Origin: an uncultured Gemmatimonadales bacterium
Lineage (GTDB): Bacteria > Gemmatimonadota > Gemmatimonadetes > Longimicrobiales > Gaopeijiaceae
Assembly (NCBI GenBank): GCA_963823035.1
Contig: CAWGKG010000014.1
Span: 480,001-544,000, forward strand
DNA length: 64,000 nt
Direction of reading: 5' to 3'
A model generated the notes under the pieces. The model was given only the letters and a program-made list of their open reading frames with translations, had not been told where the DNA came from and did not search any database. Each line of letters begins with the position of its first letter. Position 1 is the stretch's first letter. Of this stretch, positions 49,656 through 62,673 are shown piece after piece. Position numbers and translations under genes: made by a program.

Positions 49656-52465
49656 CTCGCCCCCCCGAACAGCGCCCGCGCCGGCAGCGTCAGCTCCATG
49701 CCGAAGCGCCGACTGTCGTAGAAGCGCGGGTTCACGTCCACCTCGATGCTGTAGCCGCGGCGGTCCAGCGCGTTGAAGGCCCAGAACGAGAGTCTCCCCT
49801 CCAGCGGCAGGCTCTTGCTCACCTGGAAGCCCATCATCCAGTCCGCCGGCGTGCTCCGGATCTCCTTCACCAGCCCCGAGCGCGTCCGGCGCAGGTCCGA
49901 GTACTCCGCGTCCGTCCTCCGCTCCCGCGGCACCGGGACCAGCTCGGCATCCCGGGTCAGATAGCCACCCCACGAGAGCGTGTCCGTCTCGCCCTCGTCC
50001 CACACCCGGTCGCTGATGTTGTGCTGGACCCAGGCGGTGATGACCAGCCCGAGCTCCGGCTGCTGGTGGATGAGCCGGTAGTTGGCCAGCACGCTCCGCC
50101 CGTTGCGCACGCGCGCGTCCCAGTACGGGATGCGCTTCTGCGCCGGCGCGAGCTGGAAGTCCTGGTAGCGCGTCGCCCCGCCGAACTCCAGGTCGTGCTT
50201 GACCTGCTCGCTTTCCGTCCAGGCGGCCAGGACCTGCAAGCGCGTCCGTAGCGCGCGGATCTCGGGGAAGAGCGCCGTGACCTCCACGCCCCGCGTGGCG
50301 ATGTCGGTGTTGTTCGTCGGGCGCTCGACGAGGATCGGCACCGTGTCCGCGCCGATGGGTGGCTCCAGGACGTGCGGCGGCTGGCCCGGGGCGGTCGGTT
50401 CCAACGCGAAGCGGTCACGGAGCAGGTACGACGGTTCGGGATGGAGCCCCACGGCCCCACGGATCTTCTCGCGGTACGCCACCACGCTCACCGCCGAGCC
50501 CCCGAGCCCGATCTCGGCGCCCACCTCCGCCTTGTTCGACACCGAGAAGCCCAGCTCCGGGTTCGTCGGGTCTTCGATGAACGTCGTCAGCACCGCCAGG
50601 CGCTCCGCCGGGTCGTTGGTGTAGTGGTTGACGTTCACCAGGTCGTAGTAGTCCGGCGCGGGATAGAGCATCCCCAGGGGCGGCGTCTTCGCGACGCGCC
50701 CCCACCCCGCCCGGAGCCGGAGCCACCGCGTCATCCCCAGCTCGGCGTTGACGCGCGGCTCGAGCACCACGTCCCGGGCGCCGCTCGCCCACGTGCCGCC
50801 GTCGTGGAGCACGTCCAGCCGCGCTCCGGCCTGCACGCGCAGGAGCCGGTCGCCGGGCAGCGTCCGGCTCAGCCGGTCGTCCACGTAGAGCGCGGTGGTG
50901 GCCAGCGCCGGGATCTCGTCGAAGGGGCGCGGCCGCTGGAACCCGTCTACGCCGTTGAAGCTGACCTGCGGGGGACGGTCCAGCGCGAAGGTATAGCCCG
51001 GCCCCGCGTTCCACTCGCGCCGGAGCTCCGCCCCCGCCCTCAGCTCGTGGTCGAAGCCCAGGCGGCTCGCCGTCGTCTCCCCCTCCATCCGGCCGAAGAG
51101 CAGCCAGGGCCGGCCCTCCAGGTCGAGCTGCGAGAGGTACGAGCCCGCGATGAAGCGCCCCGTGGCGCGACCCTCGGTGAGCCGGTCCGTGAACGGCATC
51201 GCGCCGCTGGACTTGAGCTCCTGGAAGTAGGAGCGCTGGTCCTGGCGCTGCGCCGAGAGCGTGAGGCTCAGCCGGCCCGCGTCGCCGACGCGGAGCCGCG
51301 TCCGGTTGGAGAGCCGGATGCCTCGGTCGCGGTTCCACGACGTGTACTGGTTCGCCTCCTCCTCCCGGAGCGCCCGGTCCTCGCGGATCTGGTAGAGGTC
51401 GAGGCGCGTGTCCATGAGGAGCCGCGGCTCGCCCCCGTCGTCCGCCTCGCCCACCTCCGCCCGGTGGGCGAGCTGGAGGTTGAAGCGCGTCGCCGCGTCG
51501 TCGGTGATGCCCGGCGACACCAGGTAGCGCGTCACGTCCAGGGCGGCCGTCCCCGTCTGGTCCCCGAACACGCGGCGCCCGCCCACCGTGCTCACGTTCA
51601 CCGTCCGCGAGTCGAACTGGGATCCGATGTCCGGGTCCACCACGCCCGCCCGCGTCTCCACGACGATGGCGCCCTGCGTCAGGTCGCCGTAGCGCGCCGA
51701 GGGCACGCCCCGGATCACCTCCACCCGCTCGATGGTGGACGCGGGCAGCCGGCTCAGGTCGATCCCGCCCGACGCGGTGCCCAGCAGTCCCACCACGCCC
51801 GACGGCGCCGATTGCAGGTTGGCGTTGTTCGACAGCGGCACCCCGTCCAGGATGATCGCCGTCCCGAACGCCGCCAGCGCGCGGCCTTCCAGGCTCGTGG
51901 TCGCCGCCGAGCGGAGCGCGACCTGCTGTCCACTCTGAAGACCCGGCGCCGTAACGCTCACCCCTGGAATCAGGCTCAATACGTTGGCCAGCGACGTGGT
52001 GGGTTGGTGCGCCACCGCCTCCCGGCCGATGACGCTCGCCGTCCCCAGCTCGCCCTCCGCGCGCCCGGCGGGGTCCGCCGTCACCAGGATCCCCTCGATC
52101 TGGAGCGCCGTGGAGGCCAGCGTCAGGTCCTGCCCCAGCGAACCGTTCGTCGGCACCGTCACCGGCACCCGCGTCGGCGCGTAGCCGATGAGCTCCGCGC
52201 GCAGGATCTGCGGCCCCGCGGGCACGCGCAGGAGACGGTACACGCCCGCGCTGTCCGTGAGCGCGCGCAGCGTCGTGCCCTCCACGGCGACCACCACGTC
52301 CGGCAGAGGACGACCTGACACCGCATCCGTCACGCGGCCGATGACCAGGGAGGTGCCACCCGTGGGTTGCTGCGCGGCGGCGGAGGGTGGGAGCAGCGTC
52401 GAGGCCACCAGGGCCACCGTCAGCGCCACCCGCGGGAGGCCCCTGGACGCCGTAGGCGCCCTCAC
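49652..52465 (-). CDS. TonB-dependent receptor
   Basis: CarboxypepD_reg N-domain, plug FGTAIILDGVPLSNNANLQ...IERVEVIRGVPSARYGDLTQG, barrel, FGMEL. Confidence 0.93.
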   Translation of the reverse strand: MRAPTASRGLPRVALTVALVASTLLPPSAAAQQPTGGTSLVIGRVTDAVSGRPLPDVVVAVEGTTLRALTDSAGVYRLLRVPAGPQILRAELIGYAPTRVPVTVPTNGSLGQDLTLASTALQIEGILVTADPAGRAEGELGTASVIGREAVAHQPTTSLANVLSLIPGVSVTAPGLQSGQQVALRSAATTSLEGRALAAFGTAIILDGVPLSNNANLQSAPSGVVGLLGTASGGIDLSRLPASTIERVEVIRGVPSARYGDLTQGAIVVETRAGVVDPDIGSQFDSRTVNVSTVGGRRVFGDQTGTAALDVTRYLVSPGITDDAATRFNLQLAHRAEVGEADDGGEPRLLMDTRLDLYQIREDRALREEEANQYTSWNRDRGIRLSNRTRLRVGDAGRLSLTLSAQRQDQRSYFQELKSSGAMPFTDRLTEGRATGRFIAGSYLSQLDLEGRPWLLFGRMEGETTASRLGFDHELRAGAELRREWNAGPGYTFALDRPPQVSFNGVDGFQRPRPFDEIPALATTALYVDDRLSRTLPGDRLLRVQAGARLDVLHDGGTWASGARDVVLEPRVNAELGMTRWLRLRAGWGRVAKTPPLGMLYPAPDYYDLVNVNHYTNDPAERLAVLTTFIEDPTNPELGFSVSNKAEVGAEIGLGGSAVSVVAYREKIRGAVGLHPEPSYLLRDRFALEPTAPGQPPHVLEPPIGADTVPILVERPTNNTDIATRGVEVTALFPEIRALRTRLQVLAAWTESEQVKHDLEFGGATRYQDFQLAPAQKRIPYWDARVRNGRSVLANYRLIHQQPELGLVITAWVQHNISDRVWDEGETDTLSWGGYLTRDAELVPVPRERRTDAEYSDLRRTRSGLVKEIRSTPADWMMGFQVSKSLPLEGRLSFWAFNALDRRGYSIEVDVNPRFYDSRRFGMELTLPARALFGGAR

Positions 52466-53708
52466 GGGATCCTCCCCGGAGACCGCTCACGGATCTCCCA
52501 GTCCGCCGCGCTCACGCCCGTGCGCTGGAGCGTGCCGTCGGGAAGGACCTTACGCTGCGCGGCGAGTAGGTGGGCGTCGGGGCGGTACTTCTCATACGGG
52601 ACAACGAAGCCCCCCAAGGCGTCCAGGGAAGGGTCGACGATGTTGCCGCAAAGGCTGGAGTGGGTGGGCTGGAGATAGATCTCGGCCTGCATCTGAGCCA
52701 GATCGAGGATGCGCTCCTTCGGGAAGAGCGCGAAGGTGCCCTGCAGGTTCTGCGTCTTCTCCAGCGCGTCCACATCCACGTCATCCGCCACGAAAGGCAC
52801 GTAATGCAGGAGCCCCATCACGGCGCCAGCGGGCAACACGCGCAGCGCGATGGGAAGCATCGTCGGCACGGCCGGGTTCATGGCCCGGTCTTCCCAGGAG
52901 AACTGGAAGTCCGCGTGGCTCATGTCGGGTAGCCCCGGAAAGATCGCCGAGTGGTCGATCGCCTGCTCGGCGATTACGACCACACCGCCGGGCGTGAGGG
53001 GATGGTCGCGGCCGGTGCCAGGAAATTGCTGGAAGGATTGCGCCCAGACGCCTCTTGGGTCATTCCGCCACGGCGACGTCACCGAGCACGGCCAGGCCGG
53101 GGAGTCGATGCCGTATTGAAAGCCGGTCCCGATGATCTTCCCGTCGAGATAGATCGTCGTGTCCGCGTCGTTGCGGAGTTCCACATACCAATGGTGATCG
53201 TAGGCCGTCCAGTTCACGAGTTCGGACGCAGGGTCGTGATAGTAGAACTCGCTGATCACGAGCGAACCGCGCTCCTGGCCGCGGACCGGGACCTGCTCCG
53301 TGGACCCACGCTTCAGCCGCACGAGCCGGCCGCCGGCAACGACAGCCGGTGCGCCTGCGGTTGGCGCATCGAAGCGCTTCTCGACCCAGACCCAGTATCG
53401 AGCCGACGGCAGATCCGGAAGCTCCAGCACACCGTCTTCGTCCGTGACGAAGGACTGAACCTCGACCCGCTCGTCACGGCGGATTGCACCATCGCGTCAG
53501 GCACGCCGGTGCCGGGCGCCCATCCGAGGCGCTCGGCCAGCGCCGGGTCGGTGACCACGACCTCCAGCGTGATGGCGTCGCCCGTGACCGCCTGCTCGGG
53601 CTGGAGGAGGATCACGTTGGCGTCGCAGGCGGCGGCGAGAACCATGGCCGCGACGCCCGCGAGCGCCGCGCGTCCGCGGTAATGCCGACGTCCGATGGCC
53701 TTTCTCAT
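52462..53708 (-). CDS. DUF4876-like lipoprotein, copy 2; frameshift near 53485
   Basis: Lipobox AAAC; LVISEFYY, YVELRN..D.TIYLDG, FPG.G..P, AEQAIDH, ADF. Confidence 0.8.
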
Positions 53709-54922
53709 GGGATCCTCCCCGGAGACCGCTCCCGGATCTCCCAGTCCGCCGCGCTCACACCCGTGCGTTGGAGCGTGCCGTCGGGAAGGACCTTCCGCTG
53801 GGCGGCGAGGAGGTGGGCGTCGGGGCGGAGGGTGGAATACGGGCTCGCGAAGGCGGCGAGTGCATCCAGGGACGGATCCACGATGTTGCCACAGAGCGTC
53901 GAGCCCCTCGTGGGCTGCAGGTAGTACTCGTCGTACATCTCGGCCACGTCCAGAAGGTGCTCCTTCGGGAAGAGCGCGAAGGTGCCCTGGAGGTTCTGGG
54001 TCTTTTCCAGCGAGGCGACATCCAACGCGTCTGCGACGAACGGTGCGTACGCGAGGACGCCCATGACAGTGTTGGTGGGGAAGAGCCGGAGATGGATGGG
54101 CAACATGAGCGGGACCGCCGGGTTCGTCGCCCGCCCCTCCCACGTGAACTGGAAGTCGGCGTTGCTCATGTCAGGCAAGCCGGGATAGATCGCCGAATGG
54201 TCGATCGCCTGCTCCGCGATCACCACCGTGGCCCAGGGAGCTACCGGGTAGTCGGTGCCGCTACCCGGAAAGGCCTGGAACGAAGTGGCCCACAGACCCC
54301 GCGGCTCGTTCCGCCACGGCGACGTCTCGCTGCAGGGCCACGAGGCCGCTTCGATCGGGTAGTTGAACCCGTTCCCGACGATCTTCCCGTCGAGGTAGAC
54401 CGTCGTGTCCGCGTCGTTGCGGAGCTCAATGTAGTACTGGTAGTTGTACTCGTTGTAGTTGAGCACCTCCGCGGCCGGCGAGTGGTAGTAGAACTCGCTG
54501 ATGACCAGGGAGCCGCGCTGCTGTCCACGGAGTTGGATCTCCTGCGTGGAGCCGCGACTGAGCCGGAGGAGGCGCCCACCCGCCAATACAGCGGGGGCGC
54601 CCGCCTGCGGCGCGTCGAGACGCTTCTCGACCCACACCCAATAGCGGGAGGACGGCAGTTCGGGGAGCTGGAGCACGCCCTCTTCGTCGGTCACGAAGGA
54701 CTGCTGGTCCCGCGTCTGGTCACGCCGGATGTGCACCGTCGCTTCGGGTACGCCGGTGCCGGGCGACCACCCGAGGCGTTCGGCGAGTGCCGGGTCGGTG
54801 ACCTTGACCTCCAGCGTGATGGCGTCGCCCGTGACCGCCTGCTCGGGCTGGAGGAGGATCACGTTGGCGTCGCAGGCGGCGGCGAGGAGCGCGAGGCCGA
54901 ACCCCAGGAATGTGCGACGCAT
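53705..54922 (-). CDS. DUF4876-like lipoprotein, copy 1
   Basis: Lipobox AAAC; same motifs; near-identical N- and C-termini to copy 2. Confidence 0.82.
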   Translation of the reverse strand: MRRTFLGFGLALLAAACDANVILLQPEQAVTGDAITLEVKVTDPALAERLGWSPGTGVPEATVHIRRDQTRDQQSFVTDEEGVLQLPELPSSRYWVWVEKRLDAPQAGAPAVLAGGRLLRLSRGSTQEIQLRGQQRGSLVISEFYYHSPAAEVLNYNEYNYQYYIELRNDADTTVYLDGKIVGNGFNYPIEAASWPCSETSPWRNEPRGLWATSFQAFPGSGTDYPVAPWATVVIAEQAIDHSAIYPGLPDMSNADFQFTWEGRATNPAVPLMLPIHLRLFPTNTVMGVLAYAPFVADALDVASLEKTQNLQGTFALFPKEHLLDVAEMYDEYYLQPTRGSTLCGNIVDPSLDALAAFASPYSTLRPDAHLLAAQRKVLPDGTLQRTGVSAADWEIRERSPGRIP

Positions 54923-54952
54923 CGCGGGCCGCCGGGCGCTCAGCGATTCAGC

Positions 54953-54965
54953 GGGGGGGGGGGGG
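54953..54965. repeat. G13 homopolymer upstream of the DUF4876 operon
   Basis: 13 consecutive G, 31-43 nt 5' of the start codon at 54922. Confidence 0.8.
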
Positions 54966-55068
54966 ACACTCCATCATGGGCGGCTCTCTTCGGCAGGACG
55001 TACGGCGAAGAGGGAGGGATCCTCCCAACATGAGGGAGGCGGGTGCGCCCGGGCAAGGCGAGCGGGCA

Positions 55069-55103
55069 GCCCCGGGGTGCCAATCGGAAGTGGCACCCGG
55101 GGC
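55069..55103 (-). terminator. GC-rich hairpin after the thiC remnant
   Basis: GCCCCGGGGTGCCA-atcggaag-TGGCACCCGGGGC with one bulge; no clear U-tract. Confidence 0.45.
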
Positions 55104-55114
55104 GTGCCGTCGCG

Positions 55115-55674
<560 letters not shown>

Positions 55675-55677
55675 GGC

Positions 55678-55911
55678 CTACTTCGCCAGTTCGCGAAACA
55701 CCCCGTCGTATTCCGCCATGATCTCCTCGTGCGCTCGCGTCGCCTCCGTGAGATCCTCCGAATGCGGAACGACGCGGAACCCCCCGAGCCCGTCCTCGAT
55801 CCAGTCCAGACGCTGTCCGGGGGGAATCCCCAGGCGCCGGACCACCTCTGCAGGCACGGTGGTCACCAGGGAGGCCCCCTGGGCTCGTGTGGTGCTCGAA
55901 AGCGTGGACAT
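55678..55911 (-). CDS. AbrB/MazE-type antitoxin
   Basis: GASLVTTVPAEVVRRLGI..G..L swapped hairpin; acidic C-terminal helix ending FRELAK. Confidence 0.85.
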   Translation of the reverse strand: MSTLSSTTRAQGASLVTTVPAEVVRRLGIPPGQRLDWIEDGLGGFRVVPHSEDLTEATRAHEEIMAEYDGVFRELAK

Positions 55912-55921
55912 CGGCCTCTCC

Positions 55922-55951
55922 AGGATAGTGCCACAATAGTTACACTATCAA
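55922..55951 (-). promoter_or_regulatory. Sigma70-like promoter overlapped by an inverted-repeat operator
   Basis: TTGATA-N18-TATCCT on minus strand; IR GATAGTG (55924-30) / CACTATC (55943-49). Confidence 0.65.
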
Positions 55952-55985
55952 TCTACCCATCTTCGGAGACGCGTCCACCCCCTCA

Positions 55986-57809
<1,824 letters not shown>

Positions 57810-57872
57810 TCACGCGGGCGGGGCGGGCACGGCAGCGAACCAGGGGAGGAGAAGCCATCGAGGCCTCTCTTC

Positions 57873-57984
57873 GCCGCGCTCCCTCCGCCGGTCTCAACCG
57901 GATCAGGTTCCAAGGGTCTTTCTCAATCCCGGGTTCGTCGGCGTTGTCGCGGTCACCGATACGCCCCGGGATGCCCCTGGCGGC
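57873..57984 (-). ncRNA. TPP riboswitch
   Basis: Minus strand GCCGCCAGGGG...TTGAGAAAGACCCTTGGAACCTGATCCGGTTGAGACCGGCGGAGGGAGCGCGGC upstream of thiC. Confidence 0.92.
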
Positions 57985-58115
57985 TTCGGGAAGCTAGCGG
58001 CGACGGCCCGACGTACAAAAGGGGCGGCCGGGCGCCGAGGACCGGGCGATTGACAGTACAGGGCGTCGTGATCACTCTCAGCCCTCGAGGACTCACCCCC
58101 CGGGAGACCTTTCGT

Positions 58116-59965
58116 TTGAGCCTCTGGGCCGAAGTCAAGCAGCGCCGCATCACACAGATCGTCCTCACCTACCTGGCCGGTGGGTGGATGGCGCTCGCCG
58201 TCGTCGACCAGGTGGTCGACCGCGAGGTGCTCCCGCCCGTAGCGTACCGCGTCGCCCTCACGCTCTACCTCTTCGGTGCGGTCGTCGCCCTCATCGTCGG
58301 CTGGTACCACGGGGAGAAGGGGCACCAGAAGGCGTCTCCGACCGAGCTCACACTCCTGGCGCTGGTCGCGCTCGTGGGCCTGGGGATGAGCGCACGCATC
58401 GTCGTCTCCGACGTACGCGCCGCGGGCGCGGCGCGGCGGGTGCAGTCGCTCGCCGACAACTCGTCGATGAACCTGCGCCGCATCGGCGTGCTCTACTTCC
58501 AGGACCAGTCGCCCGACAGCTCGCTGACGCCGGTGGCCGACGCGCTCACCGAAGGCCTGATCACGGCCCTCTCCCAGGTGCGCGAGCTGGACGTCGTGTC
58601 GCGCAACGGCTCGCAGAGCGTGCGTGGACTCGGCGCGGAGCCGGACAGCGCCGCCAGGGTGCTCGGCACCGGGACCATCATCGACGGGAGCGTCCGCGAG
58701 TCGGACGGCTCCTTGAGCGTCACCGTCGAGCTCATCGACGGGCAGAGCGGTACGTCGATCGATCGCAATACCTACGCCTGGCCCATGGATTCGCTCGTGT
58801 CCGTAGGCGATCGGCTGGCCGACGAGGTGTCCAAGTCGCTGCGCGGCCTGCTCGGTGACGAGATCAGGGTGCGCGAAGGCCGGCGCCGGGCGCCGAGCAC
58901 GGCGGCATGGATCCAACTCGCCCGCGGCCAGAAATCCCTCTCCGACGCCTCCGCGGCCCTGTCCCGCGACGATGGCGCCGGGGCGGCCCGCGCTTTCGGG
59001 GCCGCGGACGATGCGTTCGCCAAGGCCGAGGCCATGGACGTCGGCCGGCGTTGGCCGGAGCCCGTGATCCTGCGCGGGCGGGTGGCGTACGAGAGCCTCC
59101 CCCTGGCCGAGAGCGCCGACGAGGCCTCGTCGATGCTCTCGAACGCCGTGTCCCTCGCCGACTCGGCGCTCGCGCTCGAGCCGAACGAAGCGGCAGCCCT
59201 CGAGCTGCGCGGCACCGCCAGCTATCGGCGATGGCTCTCCCGCTTCGACGCCGATCCGGCGACGCTCGACCGCCTCCTCACCGGCGCGCGCGCGGACCTC
59301 GAGCAAGCGGTGAAGCTCGAGCCGGACCGCGCGAGCGCCTACAGCACGCTCAGCCATCTCTACTACCAGGTGGGTGAGCCCGCGCTCGCCGTGATCGCCG
59401 CCCAGCGCGCCTACGAGGAGGACGCCTTCCTGTCGGTGGCGGACGGCGTGCTCTGGCGCCTCTACTCGGCGTCCTACGACCTGGAGGCCTACGACCAGGC
59501 TCGCGATTGGTGCGACGAGGGGCGCCGTCGCTTTCCTGACAACTTCCGCTTCGTCCAGTGTCAGCTCTTTCTCATGACCATGCCGGCCGCCCAGCCCGAC
59601 GTGGGCCGGGCGTGGGCGCTCTACCGGGAGCTCGTGCCCCTGCTGCCGGAAGGCCAGAAGACGTTCCTGGATGCGCAGGCGCAGACGGTGGTCGGGGGGA
59701 TCATCGGTCGGGGGGGCTGCCCGACAGCGCCAATGCGGTCATGACCCGGGCGCGCCTGACGCCGGACCAGGACCCCGAGGCCGAACTCACCTCCATCGAG
59801 GCGGCCATGCGGGCGCTGATGGGCGACGCGGAAGGCTCGATCCGGCTTCTCCAACGTTACGTGGTGCTGAATCCCGGCCATTTCGGGGGACGCGCGGGCC
59901 TCAGCTGGTGGTGGCGCAGCCTGCAGGGCAATCCCGACTTCGAGCGGATCCGCGCGATGCGTTGA
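58116..59965 (+). CDS. Membrane-anchored TolB-N-like/TPR protein; frameshift in G-run near 59712
   Basis: LWAEVKQRRITQIVLTYL..GW TM block, IGVLYFQD, ADALTEGLI..LSQV..LDVVSR, TPR repeats. Confidence 0.75.
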
Positions 59966-60084
59966 CGCGCATCGGTTCCAGCGTCGCCGCTTGACGGCAT
60001 GCGGAGAATGCAATATTGATATCTCGTTCGACGATTCCGATATTCGGCGTCGCTCTGCTGCCCCCCCACGGAGCCCCCCCGCCC

Positions 60085-62122
60085 ATGCGCTATTCGCGCA
60101 CGCCCCTATATCTCGTCTGTTCGTTGTTGGCTGCATCCTGTACCGGCGACAAGGTCCTCCAGCCCGGACGCGACCGTTCCCACCCTCCCGCCTCCTTCCT
60201 TCGAAGCTCGTGGACGGGAGCACCGGGGGCGAACTCCGGCTTCTACTTCCTCCCACCGCTCGTCAGCAACCCGACGCACGTCCGGGACGTTCAACGCCGA
60301 CCTCCTCCCCGCGATGGACGTCTGCCTCCTGGACGCGTCGGACTCGGCGTGCGCGGCGACGCAGCCGGCCGAACCTCCCGTCCTGGCCGGCGGGAACGGT
60401 CGTGGTCGCGGAGAGCAAGTACAGGTCGTTGGGACACGGACGACCCGCAGTGGAGCGCCCTCGACCCGAGCCGGAACTACCGGATCACGCGTGCGCGTCG
60501 GAGCCGTCGAGCTTGGACACATGGACGTGGACCCGAGGCCCACGGACCCAAACGGGAGCACGCACGACGACGGACGGACTACGGCCGGGACGGGTCTACG
60601 CCTTCGAATCGGAGAGACCGCTCCCGATGAAGTTCTGGATCGGCGCGGGAGCCCTCTGCGACCCGAGCGGGGACCCGCGGTCATCGAGTGCGCCGAGCAG
60701 GCGATCATCGACGAGACCGGCGGGACCGTGCGGCTCACCGAGCCGGGAGACATCCTCGCCGTGACCATCGTGCCGAACAGCCTCCCGGGCGGCGATCCCA
60801 TCACGCTCGTCCTGGAGCGGCTCGACAGGGCGCTCCTGGGTGAGCCGTGCCTCCCGGGGCTCGACGCACCTCAGTACGGGCCCTGCTTCCGCATCCGCGC
60901 GCTGGGGCTCGCGGGCGCCCTGATCCACCCGGCCATCGTATCCATCTGCGCGGACATCTGCCACGTTCGCGCTCCCCGCGGGCCAGGACGCGTGCAGATC
61001 CACCGCTTCTCGGACGACGGCTCGATCTACGGCCTGGCGAACACGTCGACCATGGAGTGCGCCGAGTGGTGGGCTGCTGCGCGTGCCCGAGCGCGGGCCT
61101 GATGCGCTACGCCGCGCTGGGCGTGAACGCGCTGGCGCGTCTGGTCGGGCCGCGAGCCGCTCAGCGCGGCGCACCTCGGCCTCGGCGGCCTCACGTCCTC
61201 GTTCAGCCGCTTCCGCTGGGCCCTGCCCGGCGAGATGGCCGTGGTCGAGGGCGACGGCATACGCCTCCTCGAGGCCCGGACCCGGGCCGATCCCGGCCAC
61301 GATCGAGGTCAGGACGGTGAGGAGGGCTGGCCGTCGAGGGAGCGACTGTCCACTTCGAGACGTCGGACGGGCACGCTGAGCGCTGCCAGCGCCGTGACGG
61401 GGCGGACGGACTCGCCTCGGTCCTCTGGAACCTGGACGACCTGCCCCCCGGCCCGCACACGCTCGTCGCGTATGCCACCGGATTGTGGGAGGAGCTTCCC
61501 GGGCACACGACCGGCTTCCTGGTGGACCGACGCGAGCTGACGCTGACGGCCACGACATGCGCCGGCGGTTACGGCACTCCGACGGTCGACGGGAGCTTCG
61601 GAGGGGAGGAGTGGGGCTGTGCGCACAGCGCGCCCCTCACGGTGGACGTCGACGGCCATCCGACCCCGGTGGAGGTCTACTGGATGAACGACGCGACGAA
61701 CCTGTACCTGGCCGTACGCGTGCAGGACCCGACCTTCGCCACGCTGGGCAACAACCTCCGTTTCGATTTCGACAACGACGGCCTGGGCACACGCGACCCG
61801 GGGGACGACGCGATCGCCTACGAGATCGGGTACGGGTTCATCGACGAGCACCTGACGGCCCAGTGCATCGCCTCGGGATACGTGTGGTGCCAGTCCCTGG
61901 GCGAGGCATCCCAGGACGGCGCGGGCGCGGTCGGGAGCGACGCGACGTGGTCTACCTACGAGCTGTCGCATCCCCTCGTGGGCACGCGGCGGAGAGGACT
62001 TCTCCCGCTCGACCGGTCAGGAGCTGGGCTTCTTCCTGTCGCTACGCGTCGGCAACGACCTGCACATCAGTTCGTGGCCGGGGCTCGGGGTGTTCCAGAC
62101 GCTGACCATAGCGGGGTACTGA
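60085..62122 (+). pseudogene. Large surface lipoprotein (Ig-like and CBM9/DOMON-like parts) broken by multiple frameshifts
   Basis: Lipobox AASC; GFYFLPPLV, GTFNADL, PTVDG....EW, VYWMNDATNLYLAVRV spread over several frames. Confidence 0.55.
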
Positions 62123-62257
62123 CCCTCGTTCGGGGATGGGGCGTTCCCCGGGTCGGGAACGCCCGAGTCCCCTCTTGTGTTACATAGTAAAATCGATATA
62201 TTACAATCTTCCAATCACTGATCCATAGACGGATCCGAGAACCGAGGCGAGAGCGAT

Positions 62258-62599
62258 ATGGCCGTGATCGAGGTAACCGACGCCAACTTCGAGGAAGAGG
62301 TGGCGAAGAGCGAAGGCGTGACGGTCGTGGACTTCTGGGCGCCGTGGTGCGGTCCGTGCCGCATGGTGGGCCCGGTCATCGAGGAGCTGTCCGAGGAGTA
62401 CGCGGGCAAGGTCCGGTTCGCGAAGGTCAACGTGGACGACAACCAGCAGACCGCCGGTGCGTTCGGCATCCGCTCCATCCCCACCATCGGCTTCTTCAAG
62501 GACGGAGAGCCCGTCGGTGGCGTGGTCGGCGCCTACCCCAAGGAGGCGCTCCAGCAGGTGATCGACGACGTTCTCTCGAACAAGGCCGAAACGGCCTGA
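62258..62599 (+). CDS. trxA: Thioredoxin
   Basis: VVDFWAPWCGPC, KVNVD, IRSIPT. Confidence 0.97.
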   Translation: MAVIEVTDANFEEEVAKSEGVTVVDFWAPWCGPCRMVGPVIEELSEEYAGKVRFAKVNVDDNQQTAGAFGIRSIPTIGFFKDGEPVGGVVGAYPKEALQQVIDDVLSNKAETA

Positions 62600-62622
62600 T
62601 CCTCCGTCGCGACCGCCTCGCC

Positions 62623-62658
62623 GCGGCCGCGTCCCGCCTTCGGGTGGGGCGCGGCCGC
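62623..62658. terminator. 16-bp hairpin with c(UUCG)g loop between convergent genes
   Basis: GCGGCCGCGTCCCGCC-TTCG-GGTGGGGCGCGGCCGC. Confidence 0.7.
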
Positions 62659-62673
62659 TCGCGTTTCGGAGGG

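Noticed and set aside
52462..54922. DUF4876 pair or thiC duplicate as diversity-generating retroelement template/variable repeats
   Set aside because: No reverse transcriptase in the window and differences are not adenine-specific
58050..58078. Perfect TTGACA upstream of the TPR gene
   Set aside because: No convincing -10 at 16-18 bp spacing, so not called
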